Part shown: positions 27,507 to 40,709 of the stretch, piece by piece
How positions within the stretch are numbered: the stretch's first letter is position 1
How the letters are laid out: each line of letters begins with the position of its first letter
Assembly (NCBI GenBank): GCA_951406725.2
Contig: OX597815.1
Coordinates: 20,770,001 to 20,834,000 of the forward strand
Length of the DNA stretch: 64,000 bases
Reading direction: 5' to 3'
Source of the DNA: Octopus vulgaris
Lineage: Eukaryota
The notes under the pieces: generated by a model
What the model saw: only the letters and a program-made list of their open reading frames with translations
Told to the model about the DNA's origin: nothing
Databases searched by the model: none
Made by a program: the position numbers and the translations under genes

Positions 27507-27522
27507 GTAGTATAGTATATAC

Positions 27523-27614
<92 letters not shown>

Positions 27615-28010
27615 GTATGTATATGTGGGTGGGTGGGTGTTTGTATACATACATATCTGAGACTGTGTGCATCTACAGTCATTTGTGTGTGTGAATATGT
27701 AATTGTCGTGCGCGTGTTTCACCGATTACAGCTAATAGAATCCATACATTACCTTTACCCTTTTATGAAATATTGAATCAAAGAAATATTAGTAAGTGGT
27801 CGGGGAAAATGCAAGACAAAGCAATCAGCGGCAGCAGCAGCAGTATAAGCAACAGAAATAACAACAGCAACAGCACCAGCACCCGCAGCAGTAAAAGCAA
27901 CGATGAACAATGAGAAAACGAAGAAGTAAAAGTTAAATCGCTACTCATAGACTAACAATCCCTATTGTTCACATCAAAACAACGAAGTTATCATTGGAGA
28001 TTATTATATA

Positions 28011-28372
28011 CTAGCAGTATCGCCCGGCGTTGCTCGGGTTTGTAAGGGAAATAACTATAAAGCATTTTTAGAGAGTTATAGCCAAAAAATAGCGGTAAAT
28101 TTTTTGTTTAGTTAAAAAAGGTGGAGTTGCGTCCCCTAGACGGTCTGTGGTTTGGGTTTCTGATTCTCGACCCCATGTCGAATTTATCGATTTTTTTCAG
28201 AACTGGGGGAACTTTTCAAAATTTTCGCTGCGTTAGTTTTGAATTATGACATTGGGCTATGTGTGTGTCAAGTTTCATCAGAATCGGTTGAAAGATGTGG
28301 TCAGGGTGAGGGTACAAGCAAACAGACACACAGAAACACGCACAGACAAACTGCCGTTTATATATAGAGAGA
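28011..28372 (-). mobile_element. Non-autonomous Helitron
   Basis: Minus strand starts TC (TCTCTCTATATATAAACGGCAGTTTGTCTGT), ends with hairpin CCCGAGCAACGCCGGG then CTAG about 9 nt later; inserted between A and T, no TSD. Confidence 0.85.
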
Positions 28373-28422
28373 TAAGTTCATGAAGGATTATACATACGTA
28401 CGTACATACATACATACAAGCA

Positions 28423-28454
<32 letters not shown>

Positions 28455-28768
28455 CGAGCACACTCAAACCTGATACAAGTACATGTATGACATACATTGT
28501 ATGTGCTTTATAATTATAATGGTATATAAAAATGAATGTAAACCTTCATCAGTCTAATGTATATTACTATTTAGCAACATACTTATCCACCTCTCTGAAA
28601 TTATAAACATACACACACCTACACTCGGTCGCTCACGCACACCAACACACACAGATGCACATTCAGATATATGTATGTGTGTATAACTGTAAGGATGCTT
28701 CTCTAGACACGCACACAGTTACACGTAAGATTGTGCATGCAGCCCCATCTATCTATATGTTACACTCA

Positions 28769-28804
<36 letters not shown>

Positions 28805-28806
<2 letters not shown>

Positions 28807-28976
28807 AGAGTTCACGAAAAAAACAAAAGACGTACACAGGTGGTGCAGAAAACAAACAGATGCATTAGTATAACGCTCAGGAATTGATAAAGTCTTTTAC
28901 GTTTCGAGCCTACGATCTTCTACAGAAAGGGACACAGAAAAAAACAAGGAGAGAAAAAATGTGTGTAGTGACTACT

Positions 28977-28980
<4 letters not shown>
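28805..28980 (-). mobile_element. Penelope-like terminal fragment with hammerhead-like motif (28894-28929)
   Basis: Minus strand CTTT-CTGTAGA-AGATCGTAGGCTC-GAAACGTA-AAAG; homologous to 34805 and 49357; next to (TA)n. Confidence 0.65.
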
Positions 28981-29056
<76 letters not shown>

Positions 29057-29170
29057 TATACATAGTTAATCCAAACAAGAAAACACAGAAAAAAAACACA
29101 GCAACGCGAGGACGTGGAACAATTAAAGTATTATTGACGCTCAGGAAAGAAGGGAAGGAGGGTTTCATAC

Positions 29171-29235
<65 letters not shown>

Positions 29236-30352
29236 CATATATACACATATACAGATCGCTTAAAAATGCAAATTTTGTAGGAAAGTTAGTTATTAATCCT
29301 ACAGAATTAAGATAGTATCTCATCTGCTATTTTCTTCATGAAGTCTTCTGTAATAATAATAATTTTTGTTGTATACTTCTTGCACTGAGGAGAACAGGGA
29401 TATGCAATTAATTTGATTTAATTTAATCAAATTAATTTTAATTATACTACCATGTTAGTTACATGTTAATATCGCTGTTTGAAACGATCGTATGCATGTA
29501 TTAAAATTCTTTCAAATTTTAACATCTCGTCTCCATTTTCAACATATTTGTTGAATTTCTATGCGATACCTTTCCATAAATTCTCATAACACACCATATA
29601 CGTGTAATAGTTTGATACTCACAAAAATGTTACGCCCGTACGCTACCAGCAAAATATGAAGAATCTCTGTTAGAAATCACCTTTTGGAACCCTCCAAAGT
29701 AAAGGATGAAATATAACTCACCCTTTTCCCACACACACACACACATATATATATGTGTGTGTATATGTGTTTGTGTTTGTGTATGTATTTGTGTGTGTAC
29801 GTGCTGACCTGTGAGTTGGAATCGAGTATGTCATGGTGTCATGTACTGAGTTTTCGTAAAATGCAGAATACCTATATATTCCCCAGCAGATGTTAAACCC
29901 TTTCAGCCCTCTCATCCTTGTCCCAGTGGAACATCGACAAGGTGACAGCTGAAGGGACCTCCAGCTACTCTAGCACTTGACGGAGTAATCTGAAACAACC
30001 CAAACACGCCGCTCAGATCAAGTATCAAGCACACGAGAGTATTATGAAATTTATTTTAATATATCTAATAGGCATCAAGGAAGCTATAAGGTGATTTACA
30101 AACATTAAAGTCTGGGTGAACTGCTCTTGGAGCAAACAGCTGCTTGCTAATAAAGTTGATTACATAACACTTGTTCACTTGTTATTCTCTATATTTCATA
30201 TTACGCTCTGTAATCGCCTAACGCTTTATTCTGAGTGTATGTACATTGAGTTCTACCAACAGATTATTAGCATCGCTATGCCTATGGGAAATCGTTTGTG
30301 TGTATGTGCGTATTACTACCAGGTGCCAATCGTCTTTGCTATATATACATAC

Positions 30353-30428
<76 letters not shown>

Positions 30429-30494
30429 GTTTAAATATTTGTTGTGCAAGATTTTTTTATTGGCTAAACTGGCAATATGACCATTCCGAAATAT

Positions 30495-30544
<50 letters not shown>

Positions 30545-30601
30545 TGTATTATACAATTTAGAATTCATTTACATGAATAATAACATTCGTGAAACTCAGA
30601 A

Positions 30602-31116
30602 TACTGGGCAGGGAAAAAGTTCATGCGCCGTGTTTTTTGCGCACGAATTTATTCAAAAACAACAACAACTATTTTCCAAAATTTAAGAACATCATTTTCC
30701 ACGACATTCTGCCAACAATCAGCAAGCTTTTGGATTTGGTCAAAATACCAATTCTTCAGCTTTGAATTGAAAGGTTTTTGACAAGCTTCTTCAACGTCAT
30801 CGAATGACTCCAATCGGTGACCTTTCATAAAGAGCTGCATTGAGAAGTCAGATGGAGAAACGTCTGGACTATAGGCTGGATGCAGCAGAACTTCCACACC
30901 GTCCAATTCTTCAATCTTGTTACTGATCTTTCTGGTGGTATGTGGCTTTGCATTGTCTTCTTGAAACAAAGCGCCTTTTCGACGAACAAGTCTTGGATAC
31001 TTTTCAACAGTGAGTCACCATTGAACATCACATGAACTGAATGACCACACACACCACAAAACTATATAAAAAAGCATTATTTTAACACGTCACAAGAACT
31101 TTTACCTCAACTTATT
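30602..31116 (-). mobile_element. Internally deleted mariner
   Basis: ORF with QEDNAKPH and HPAYSPDVSPSDF; degenerate TIRs near 30602 and 31085-31116. Confidence 0.85.
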
Positions 31117-31231
31117 ATGAAATATCCAAGAAATAATTTCCCGTTACTAGTGTAGCCTTGAGTACGTTTTCCTAAATGCATATACACATATATAAACGTG
31201 ATAAGCGTCAGTGTATAAATGCATATACATA

Positions 31232-31462
31232 GTGAAGTTCCTTCCCGAATCATATAGAATTATAGGGCCAGTTTCCCAGTTTCCAAAGCATATATTTCCC
31301 CGCTTGGATGACACGCCGGTCCATCGCAGGATTATTCATTTTTGACAGCACGAAATGAAGTGTTTTACTCAAGAATACAACGTGTCGCCCGGTCCGGGAA
31401 TCGAAATAGCAATCTTACGAGTATGAGTACAACACCCTAGCCACAGAGCTACGCGCCTCCAC
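31232..31462 (-). mobile_element. tRNA-derived SINE, family C
   Basis: Minus-strand head TGGAGGCGCGTAGCTCTGTGGCTAGGGTG...TTCGATTCCCGGACC followed by GTATTCTTGAGTAAAACACTT. Confidence 0.7.
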
Positions 31463-31494
31463 AATGCATATACATATATGTACGTGTATGGGTA

Positions 31495-31933
31495 TACTCT
31501 TTACTCTCTTTTACTCTTTATCTTTTTATTCTTTTATTTGTTTCAGTCATTTGACTGCGGCCATGCTGGAGCACCGCCTTTAGTCGAGCAAATCGACCCC
31601 GGGACTTATTCTTTGTAAGCCCAGTACTTATTCTATCTCTTTTGCCGAACCGCTAAGTTACGGGGACGTAAACACACCAGCATCGGTTGTCAAGCAATGC
31701 TAGGGGGACAAATACAGACACACAAACACATACACACACACACTTATATATATATATATATACATATATACGACAGGCTTCTTTCAGTTTCCGTCTACCA
31801 AATCCGTTCATAAGGCATTGGTCGGCCCGGGGTTATAGCAGAAGACACTTGCCCAAGATGCAACGCAGTGGGACTGAACCCGGAACCATGTGGTTGGTTA
31901 GCAAGCTACTTACCACACAGCCACTCCTGCGCC
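31495..31933 (-). mobile_element. SINE family B, full length
   Basis: Near-identical to 14081-14491. Confidence 0.92.
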
Positions 31934-33740
31934 TATATATATATATAATGTATTTATATATGTAATCCTGCGTATAAGCACATCCTTACGCACAAACAAA
32001 TCAACATGCATAAAAGCACACATATACACACGCTTGCAGTTTTGTCATCAATTTTCATTTCTAATCATATATTTATATACCTGCTTGCTGGTATTTGTAA
32101 ATATTTTTATAACTCATTCAGTCCGTCCATTCCGTTATATATATATATATCAGCATATCTACGTCCATCTCAGACTGTCACATTATTTAAATATATGAAT
32201 ATTTCTGATATTTATGCGTATAAAGACCCACATATCGCTGTACACAGGCACAAACGCATGCACAGATACACACACATACATACGCACAAATATGTATGTG
32301 TTTGTATATATTTATATACATACTACACACATACGTACACACATGCAATACAAACATGCATACATACATACACACACACATACGCACGCACGTGCAGAAA
32401 GACATATGTATTTGTGTTTGTGTGTATTCACCGTCTTATTTATTACTATATACACATTTACCAGAAACACACATAACCGCATATAATTCTATCTATACAC
32501 ACACACATACATACATACATACATACATACATACATACATACATACATTTATATGTGTGTATGTGTGTGTGTAGTGTTTTGGGAGGGTCATTAGCCCAAT
32601 AACAATAAACACACGCACAGGTTCAATATCACTTCTTTACTGTTAGTCAATCGGCTAAATATCCAATTAACTTATCAACCATTTGTTTAATGTGCCGATT
32701 AAACAATTAATCGTTTGTTTGTCAAAGTCCTTTCACCGCTATTCGCGACTTCATCGATGTTATATTCTGCGGAGGGAAACTTCAGGCTGCTGTCAAAGTG
32801 TTTCTCCAAGCAAAGAGAGAGTGTTGAAAAAGTCTCGCTTGATCTTGTCCGGCACTGTCAATCTTGACAAAGCAACTAGTCAAGAGCTTGGAGAAACACT
32901 TTGACAGCAGCCTGACAGTTTCACTCCGCAGAATTTGCAAAATTATGAGAACTGGTTTAAGATCGACAAATCGCTTCAAAGCTTGGGTTCATCAGCATGA
33001 CATCCTCCGAGATTTTGTGTCAGTATGTTCTTTGGGGAAACCTTGAAGAGGAAGATTAACAGTTTTGTGAGGATGTTGCTTGCCTTGCCCAAGAGCCAAA
33101 GCCACATCGCTCTGCATGAGTCAACCAACACATTAAGACTCTTATTTAGTGGCTTCTCAGAGGAGTTTGTATGAAGGAAAAGAGAAACTATGAAGTGTAA
33201 AGATCCCAGTGACACAAAAATAGCTGGAGCTGACATTAGGTTGGAAGGGAAGTGCTGCCAGAGAGTTGTAGGTGCCCAGAGGAACGATTGAGGCAGAGGG
33301 TTCTGGTAGCGACTGCAGTGATACGGTGCCTGGGCTTGAGCTATTTCGCAACCCACGAGATTGGAAGCACCAAGAACTCCACACAGTTGTAGAAGAAGCA
33401 AAGGTTAACAGGATGCTGGAACTCATCCAAGAAGGAACATCGACAAAAAATTATAGAATCGGATCTCTGTTGGAGTGACATCGAGTATAACCAGCCGAAA
33501 TCGCAAAGATAATCTGGAACTCGACCGAGGAAAGAAAACATCGAATGACCCGTCCGTGTTTTTTCTTGTCCCTTTTTCGTATCATCTGTCTGTATGTTTT
33601 GTTGTCCCTTTATTGTATCATTTAGGTGTCTGGATATTTTGCGTTCATGTATAACTTTTTGTATTCCTTTATATATTTACATACATATATATAGCAATAA
33701 TAAATCTCTGAACGAGGTATAAACAGTAACTGCACGACAA

Positions 33741-33995
33741 TGTGAGGTATACTTGCCATCTCAATATGGCTAACCACTAAGGGTGGGTGTTACTGTAGCT
33801 TGTAGCCCCAGGAGAACATCGTCTCCAGCTGGCTTTAGGCACACTTTCTGTGCTCTTTCGGTATTTGCAAATACAGCAAATACCATAAGGGCACAAAAAG
33901 TGTGCCTAAAGCCAGCTGGAGACGATGTTCTCCTGGGGCTATAAGCTACAGTAACACCCACCCTTAGTGGTTAGCCATATTGAGATGGCAAGTAT

Positions 33996-34003
<8 letters not shown>
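33741..34003. repeat. Near-perfect foldback palindrome (~125-bp arms)
   Basis: TGTGAGGTATACTTGCCATCTCAATATGG... mirrored by ...CCATATTGAGATGGCAAGTATACCTCACA; centre ~33872. Confidence 0.93.
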
Positions 34004-34066
<63 letters not shown>

Positions 34067-34514
34067 GTATGTGTGTGTGTGTGTATGTGTATATGTATAC
34101 ATGTATATCATATAAATACACAAGCCTTACACAAACACATATAAAACATTTGTATTAATTATTTTATGCCATTATGTGATAAGTGTGAGAAAATATTTGT
34201 ATAGAAATGCACATACACACACACACATGTATACATAAATACATACATACGTACATACATACATGCATACATACATACATGCCTACAAATGTACCAATAT
34301 AATGCAAATGCTTCCCTTCTGTAATGCAAATGCTTGTGCAACACATACATATCAGAGCGAAAGTTGTAAGTAAAGGATGTGTTTTTGTATGTTTATTACG
34401 TCTATGTGAGTACATCAATACTCACACACACATCCATCCACCCATCCATCTACATACATACATACATACATACATACATGCATACATACATACATACATA
34501 CATACATACATACA

Positions 34515-34548
<34 letters not shown>

Positions 34549-34712
34549 CACACACACACAAATTCGTGCACACAGATGTGTATAGTCACATATATAGGTA
34601 TAACAAATATATAATATACGATGTTTGTAATATCATAATATTAAGTATAGTACATATACATTTAAATATAATTGTTATATATGTATACATACATATATAC
34701 ATATACACACAC

Positions 34713-34804
<92 letters not shown>

Positions 34805-34960
34805 CAAGGAGAGTTTACGAAAGATAGGTGGTGTACAAAATAAACAGATGTGTTAGTATAACGCCTCAGGAATAGAAAAAGTATTTTACGTTTCGTGCCT
34901 ACGCTCTTCTACAGAAAGGGACACAGAAAAAATGTGTGTAGTGCCTCACGATCTATCATG
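34805..34960 (-). mobile_element. Penelope-like terminal fragment with hammerhead-like motif (34884-34918)
   Basis: Minus strand CTTT-CTGTAGA-AGAGCGTAGGCAC-GAAACGTA-AAAT. Confidence 0.6.
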
Positions 34961-35629
34961 GTGTATGTGTGTATATATATATATATACACGCACAGACAC
35001 ACAGCCAGGGAGGGAGACAAACAGTAGTTGTGAATGACAGTATATATAGCTATATATACATTGGGAATAATACCTACGCTCAAATATCCTCCACTCTCTC
35101 TCTCTCTTACACACATACACACAAACACAAGCATACATATTCTATAGTTTATGTTCTTGATAATACACTGTAATGAAAGTATAGATAGCTACTATATTGA
35201 ATCTCAATCCTGTAACTGATAATTCAATAAATGCATTATCGTAATAAAAGCCATGATTGTAATGGTAAGGAATTGCGTAATATTTTCTATTGCTCAGGTG
35301 TGTAATGACATGTATTCATCTTAATGATTCAGTAATAATTTACTAATAGGTTTTATTCCATGTTCTACATATTGTTCGTAAACATTTGGGCTTGGTATCA
35401 TGTGAAGTGAAGCTATGTATATGCATAAGTGTGTATGTACTTTTTGAATACGTGTGTCTGAGTGTGTGATATCATTTATATATATATGAGATGCTGCAAT
35501 ACACATGTACATAGATACGTACACACGTGCATATATAAACACGTGCAAACATGTATGTGCGTGTTAGCGTGTCTATGTGTGTGCGGTTGTGAGAGGAGTG
35601 TGTAAACAGTTGAATATGAAGAAGGAGAG

Positions 35630-36250
35630 TGGTAATAGTAGAAGTAGAAGAAGTTGAAGAAGAAGAAGAAGGAGAAAAAGAAGAAGAAGAAGAAGAAGAG
35701 GAGGAAGAAGAGTAGAAGTACAACAACAACAACAACAACAACAAGAACAAGAAGGAGGAAGAGGACGTGGAGGAGGGGAGGAAGAGGAAGAAGTAAAATA
35801 ATAGGAAGAGGTAGAAGTAGAAGGAGGAGGAGGAGGAGGTGGAGGGGAGGAAGAAGAAGAACAAGAAGGAGGACGAGGACGTGGAGGACGTGGAGGAGGG
35901 AATGAAGAAGAAGAAGAAGAAGAAGAAGAAGAAGGAGGAGGTGGAAGAGGAGGAGGTGGAAGAGGAAGTACAAGAAATAGGACGAGGACGAGAAGGACGA
36001 GAAGGAAGGGGAGAAAGGGGAAGAGGTAGAAGAAGAGGAAGGTAAAAGAAGAAGGAGGAGGAAGAGGACAAGGAGGAAGAGGAAGGGGAGGAGGAAGAAG
36101 AAGAGGAAGCAGAGAAAGATGAAGGAGGGGAGGAAGTAGAAGAGGAAGGGGAGGAGGAGGAAGGGGAGGAGGAGGAAGAGAAGTTAGATGAAGAAGGAGA
36201 GAAAGAGGTAGAAGAAGAAGAAGAAGAAGAAGAAAAGATGATGGGAGGAG
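35630..36250. repeat. (GAA)/(GAG) low-complexity tract
   Basis: Trinucleotide purine repeats with stops in the frames. Confidence 0.9.
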
Positions 36251-37173
36251 GAATCCATTAGAGATATTTCGCTTGTCCGAAAGGAACCTAAGTGGTAAAT
36301 GTCAGTAAAGTGGGGTTTCAGTTCTGGCAGTATAGGGTTGATTTATGTTTCGGGGCGTCTTTGAAGGAAGCAATGTTTTTCTCAGCCTTCTAAAAGAACT
36401 CGGAAGTTTGGGCCTCTAGCCAAGTCACTCACGAGACCCTTAAAGCTAAGAATTTCTCAGTACCTCTCGTATATACATACATATACGTAAATATTTCATG
36501 CCTTGGTATTAACCCCTCCACTTTTTGATATATTTTATTCTGTTAGTGTTTCGCGATTTGGTGTCAGGTACAATTTTGTATTTATTTTTCAATTTAAAGC
36601 ATAATCTCGCTCAAGCTTAATTTTAACCATATTTTTTCTCACCATCTTATGTAATTTTTGATTATAAAAAAAAGTGCTATGTAAGTATTATATATTGTTG
36701 CTTCTTTTCCCCATCATATGTAGACGCCTGTTTTGATATTTTTATATGTCATCAACAGAGCTGATGACCACTTGAATTTATTCTTGAATTTAAACCATAG
36801 TTATATATTTCAAATTTAAAGATTAAACCATAAGGTACAGAAAAAAATGGGATGAAAATCTGGCTATGCGAATAAGATAAATCTCTACGCAACAGATGTT
36901 TTTAACCCAACGAAGCAAAACCCCATCAGTTTTTTCTGGTTTTAGAGTAGTTATTAAAGTGCATGACTTATAACCCTGAGGTGTGACCTTCAAAAAAGAA
37001 AAAAAAAACTCCATTACACCCAGAAACATAAGCCGAGGAAGAAAACAGCAATATCCTGCTGAAGGTTTGCTGCATATATTGGTCAAAGAGTATGACTACA
37101 AAATATAAGACTGCGAGAATAGATCGGATTCTCTCGTTTTATACTTAATTTCTTTATGAGTGTCTTTATATAA

Positions 37174-37476
37174 ATGGCTGTATGGTAACAAGTTTCCTTC
37201 CAAACCACATGGTTCTGGGTTCATTCTCACTGTAGGACACTTTCGGTGTCTTCTAACATAGCGAAAGACTGACCAAGGACATGTGTTTGGATTTGGTAGA
37301 GGGGAAACTGAAAGAAGCTCGTCGTATATATATATATATATATGGGAGTGTGCAAATGTGTGTGTATATATATATATATATTCTTTTATTCTTTTATACG
37401 TTTCAGTCTAATGGCCATTCTGGAGCATGAGGCAAAATATATATATATTTGTATATACACACACACATATATGTAC

Positions 37477-37507
<31 letters not shown>

Positions 37508-37700
37508 TGTATGTATGTATGTATGTATGTATGTATGTATGTATGTATGTATGTATGTGTATCTTTATGTTTGTATTTGACAACCAGTATTAGTTTGTTT
37601 ACGTCCCTGCAACCTAGTAATTCGACACAAGTGATCAATAGAATGAGTACCAGGCTTTAAAAAGAACTACTGGGGTCGATTCGTTGGACTAAAAGCCTTC
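37174..37700 (+). mobile_element. Degenerate SINE family B with expanded internal microsatellite and an inverted tail fragment
   Basis: TGGCTGTATGGTAACAAG...GGAAACTGAAAGAAGCTCGTCG, resuming at TTTGACAACC...TGGGGTCGATTCG. Confidence 0.7.
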
Positions 37701-38060
37701 AAATGGGTGAAAGAATGTGTTGTATTTATTTAAACATGTTAATTATATTTATTATATTTTGTATACTTATCATATTACTTGTACATTTAAGTCGACTAGA
37801 TATAATATATATGTGCTTCCGACCAAAGACTTTATATAAAAATCCGATTTGTTATTAGCCTTCATTTATATATATGTACATATATCTTTAAGTATGCGGA
37901 GATAATCAACTTGGACCTCCTGGTTATATACGTAAAGCTGTTTACAACTATATCTAACCACATGTGACATAGACTGGCCTTGTGGTAAATACCATGACTG
38001 GCGCCAGTCAAATCAGTTCTGTGTCTATGTGTCTTTATACATACGTACACACACACACAT

Positions 38061-38139
<79 letters not shown>

Positions 38140-38159
38140 TATATCCATGAATGTGTATG

Positions 38160-38240
<81 letters not shown>

Positions 38241-38246
<6 letters not shown>

Positions 38247-38550
38247 CTGAGTGAAAAGTAAGCGACATTTTGAATCATGAAATTCATCACAATACATTTC
38301 AACAATACGGAAATTTTATTGATCAAAGTAAGTATCATTACAATCAGCACATTTTTGTTTATTCAGGTAGCATAAAAATTTGGAGTTTTGGAGCTGATGA
38401 ACTCTTTTAACAGAGTTTCAGCATTGGTTTGAGTTTTGAACTCATTCTCTCGCAGAAAATCATCAGGATGCTGGAAAAAGCGGTAGTCTGTAGGAGAAAG
38501 ATCTGGGGATTAAGCTGGTTGGGGAAGAACTTCGTAGTCAAGTTCCCACA

Positions 38551-38552
<2 letters not shown>
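38241..38552 (-). mobile_element. Mariner 3' fragment
   Basis: Minus-strand translation LDYEVLPQPA*SPDLSPTDYRFFQH...EFISSKTPNFY, ending in a TIR-like end and TA. Confidence 0.8.
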
Positions 38553-38595
<43 letters not shown>

Positions 38596-38924
38596 CATGG
38601 GCAGATTTGCATTGAAACCTTAACAAAGTTTTCTATTGTACTGTAATCCTTTCTTGTCAATATCGTTACTTTTGATGTAATTAAACAAAGTATCGTCATC
38701 ATTGTCACCATTGAGGCTGAAATGGGGGAACACATAATGCCTTGCGTTATAGAGCTCCAACATTTACATTCTAATCCTAAAACCCGACGGCCTCTACATA
38801 ATTAGCCATACTTCTGAGTTAGATAACGAAAGAGTGCCAATTATGTACATAAGTCCATACAAGCCAGCAGTGTAATTGTTCTAAATTTGAAGGTGTCTGG
38901 CATGGTAAGAACTTTTTATTTTTT

Positions 38925-39415
38925 TAATTGTTTTTTAATTTATTTTTTAAAATTTTTTATTTTTATCTAGTTTCAGCTCACAAGCCGCGGCCATGCTGGG
39001 GCACCGCCACCTGGCGCTGCTACATGACTTCACCTCACAAATGCTTTTTAGCAAATACCATCTGGTGCATGAGGAAGTTCGATGCAGCTGCCCTCATCTG
39101 CACCTCCTGCCGTGAAGTTGGTTCATCTGGGATACCTGACAAGAAGAGATCCAGTTTCATTTTAAAGACATCTGCATCCACCCCATGCAGGTCTCTTAGG
39201 TTCTTCAGGAGGATATTGAAGGGCTGTGGGCCTCGGAAGCCCAGGCTATCACAGTATCTTGTCCTACATCTTGATGGCAAATTTGGAGTCCTTGGCACTA
39301 TGCAGTGGCACCCAGTTCTGGCATTTGTGTAACTCTCGATGCCAAAATTTGGGACAAGTCCTTCTAGGTTCTTCCAGATGTATATTATTGCATATCTTTC
39401 TCACCTACGCTCTAG
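38925..39415 (-). mobile_element. 5'-truncated CR1/L2-group LINE 3' end
   Basis: ORF ...YCDSLGFRGPQPFNIL...KLDLFLSGIPDEP...AASN, related to the 3' part of 7600-9335; ends GGCGGTGCCCCAGCATGGCCGCGG...CTGAAAC plus A-rich tail. Confidence 0.85.
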
Positions 39416-39519
39416 ATAAATAATATTAATATATCTCATTAGAATGAATACAGCTACTCCGTTAATTGTTATTATTCTTATTGTTATTATTGATATTATT
39501 ACTGATATCATTATCATAA

Positions 39520-39682
39520 ATGCGGTGAGTAGGCAGAACAGATACCATAAAATGTTGTGCGGTATTTGAGTTCAAATTCCGCCGAGTTCACTTTGTCTTT
39601 CATCTGTTCGAGATCAATAAAATACAGTACCAACTGGGCACTGGAATCATTGGAAGAGACTTTGTGCCTTTAGTAGAAAGGA
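39520..39682 (+). mobile_element. Degenerate SINE family A followed by (TTA)n
   Basis: GAGTTCAAATTCCGCCGAGTTCACTTTGTCTTTCATC. Confidence 0.7.
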
Positions 39683-39688
39683 TTATTG

Positions 39689-39756
<68 letters not shown>

Positions 39757-39829
39757 GTTGTTGTTGTTGTTGTTGTCGTCGTCGTCGTTGTTGTTTCTGT
39801 TGCTGTTGTAGTTGTTGCTTTACTTCTCA

Positions 39830-40592
39830 GTACGTTTGGTTGGTCTCATTTTTCTGTGATAGTGGACAGCATCCTTCTGTATGAGCTCTTACAGGATCTC
39901 TTTCCGCACATTATAAGTTAATTCTCGCGGGAGGCATTCACCATCCAAGTACCAATCTCAAAATCCTAGCTGTCCCCAGCTGAGCAGTTTTTTTTTTTTT
40001 GCTTGCTCTGCTCTCATGTCAATTCCTATTTCTCTGACATATTTCCCTACAACTACTGGAAATGACATACACTCACTTCATAGTCTACATTCTTGCACTT
40101 CCGTCTTTTAATAGTCCGTATTTGTCAATCTTTTCTAGTTCTTTGTCACTTATGCGTGCATCCTTAGGTATTGCAAGATCTATAATCTTGGTTTCCTTTA
40201 TGTACCACAACATGTACTCTCCTAGCATCGATTAGGGAGTCACATTGGATTGTAAAATCCCACAGTATCTTATATTCCTTTTTCTCGGTGACTCATTCTG
40301 GTTCATGTTCGTATCATTTCCGTTCTCTGTTCACATAGCCTCCAGTGTGCGAACTTAGTCATGTTATCGTGCCTTCTTTTAAAGTGCTTTTGGGCCAGTT
40401 CGCTACATTGACTCACAATATGTGAGATTGTTTCGTTACTGCTGCCACACTTCCTTCAAAGGGGCAATTCGCTACTCTTATCTATTTGGAACTTGGTATA
40501 ATTAATTCTTAGAACTTGTTCCTGGGTGCTGCTTATCAAGGCTTCAGTGTATCCTTTCAGATAACTTTTTTTAGCCATCTTCAAGTGTCTAG
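39830..40592 (-). mobile_element. R4/Dong-like RLE LINE 3' fragment
   Basis: CGSSNETISHIVSEC..RRHDN, LWDFTIQCD, IIDLAIP; flanked by TTA/TTG repeats. Confidence 0.8.
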
Positions 40593-40615
40593 TTTATTAT
40601 TATTATTATTGTTGC

Positions 40616-40707
<92 letters not shown>

Positions 40708-40709
40708 TA

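Larger units (their letters stand above)
26216..27510 (-). mobile_element. Tandem array of ~362-bp units (about 3.6 copies), candidate hammerhead retrozyme
   Basis: Units start at 26218, 26581, 26943 and ~27301, are near-identical, and each holds a minus-strand hammerhead; (TA)n on both flanks; no coding capacity evident. Confidence 0.85.

Noticed and set aside
26216-27510. CRISPR array or ordinary satellite
   Set aside because: Units are ~362 bp with no unique spacers, the context is eukaryotic, and the embedded ribozyme fold favours a retrozyme-like element.
35472-36250. Acidic or basic low-complexity protein
   Set aside because: GAA/GAG triplet repeats with stops and no splice or domain support.
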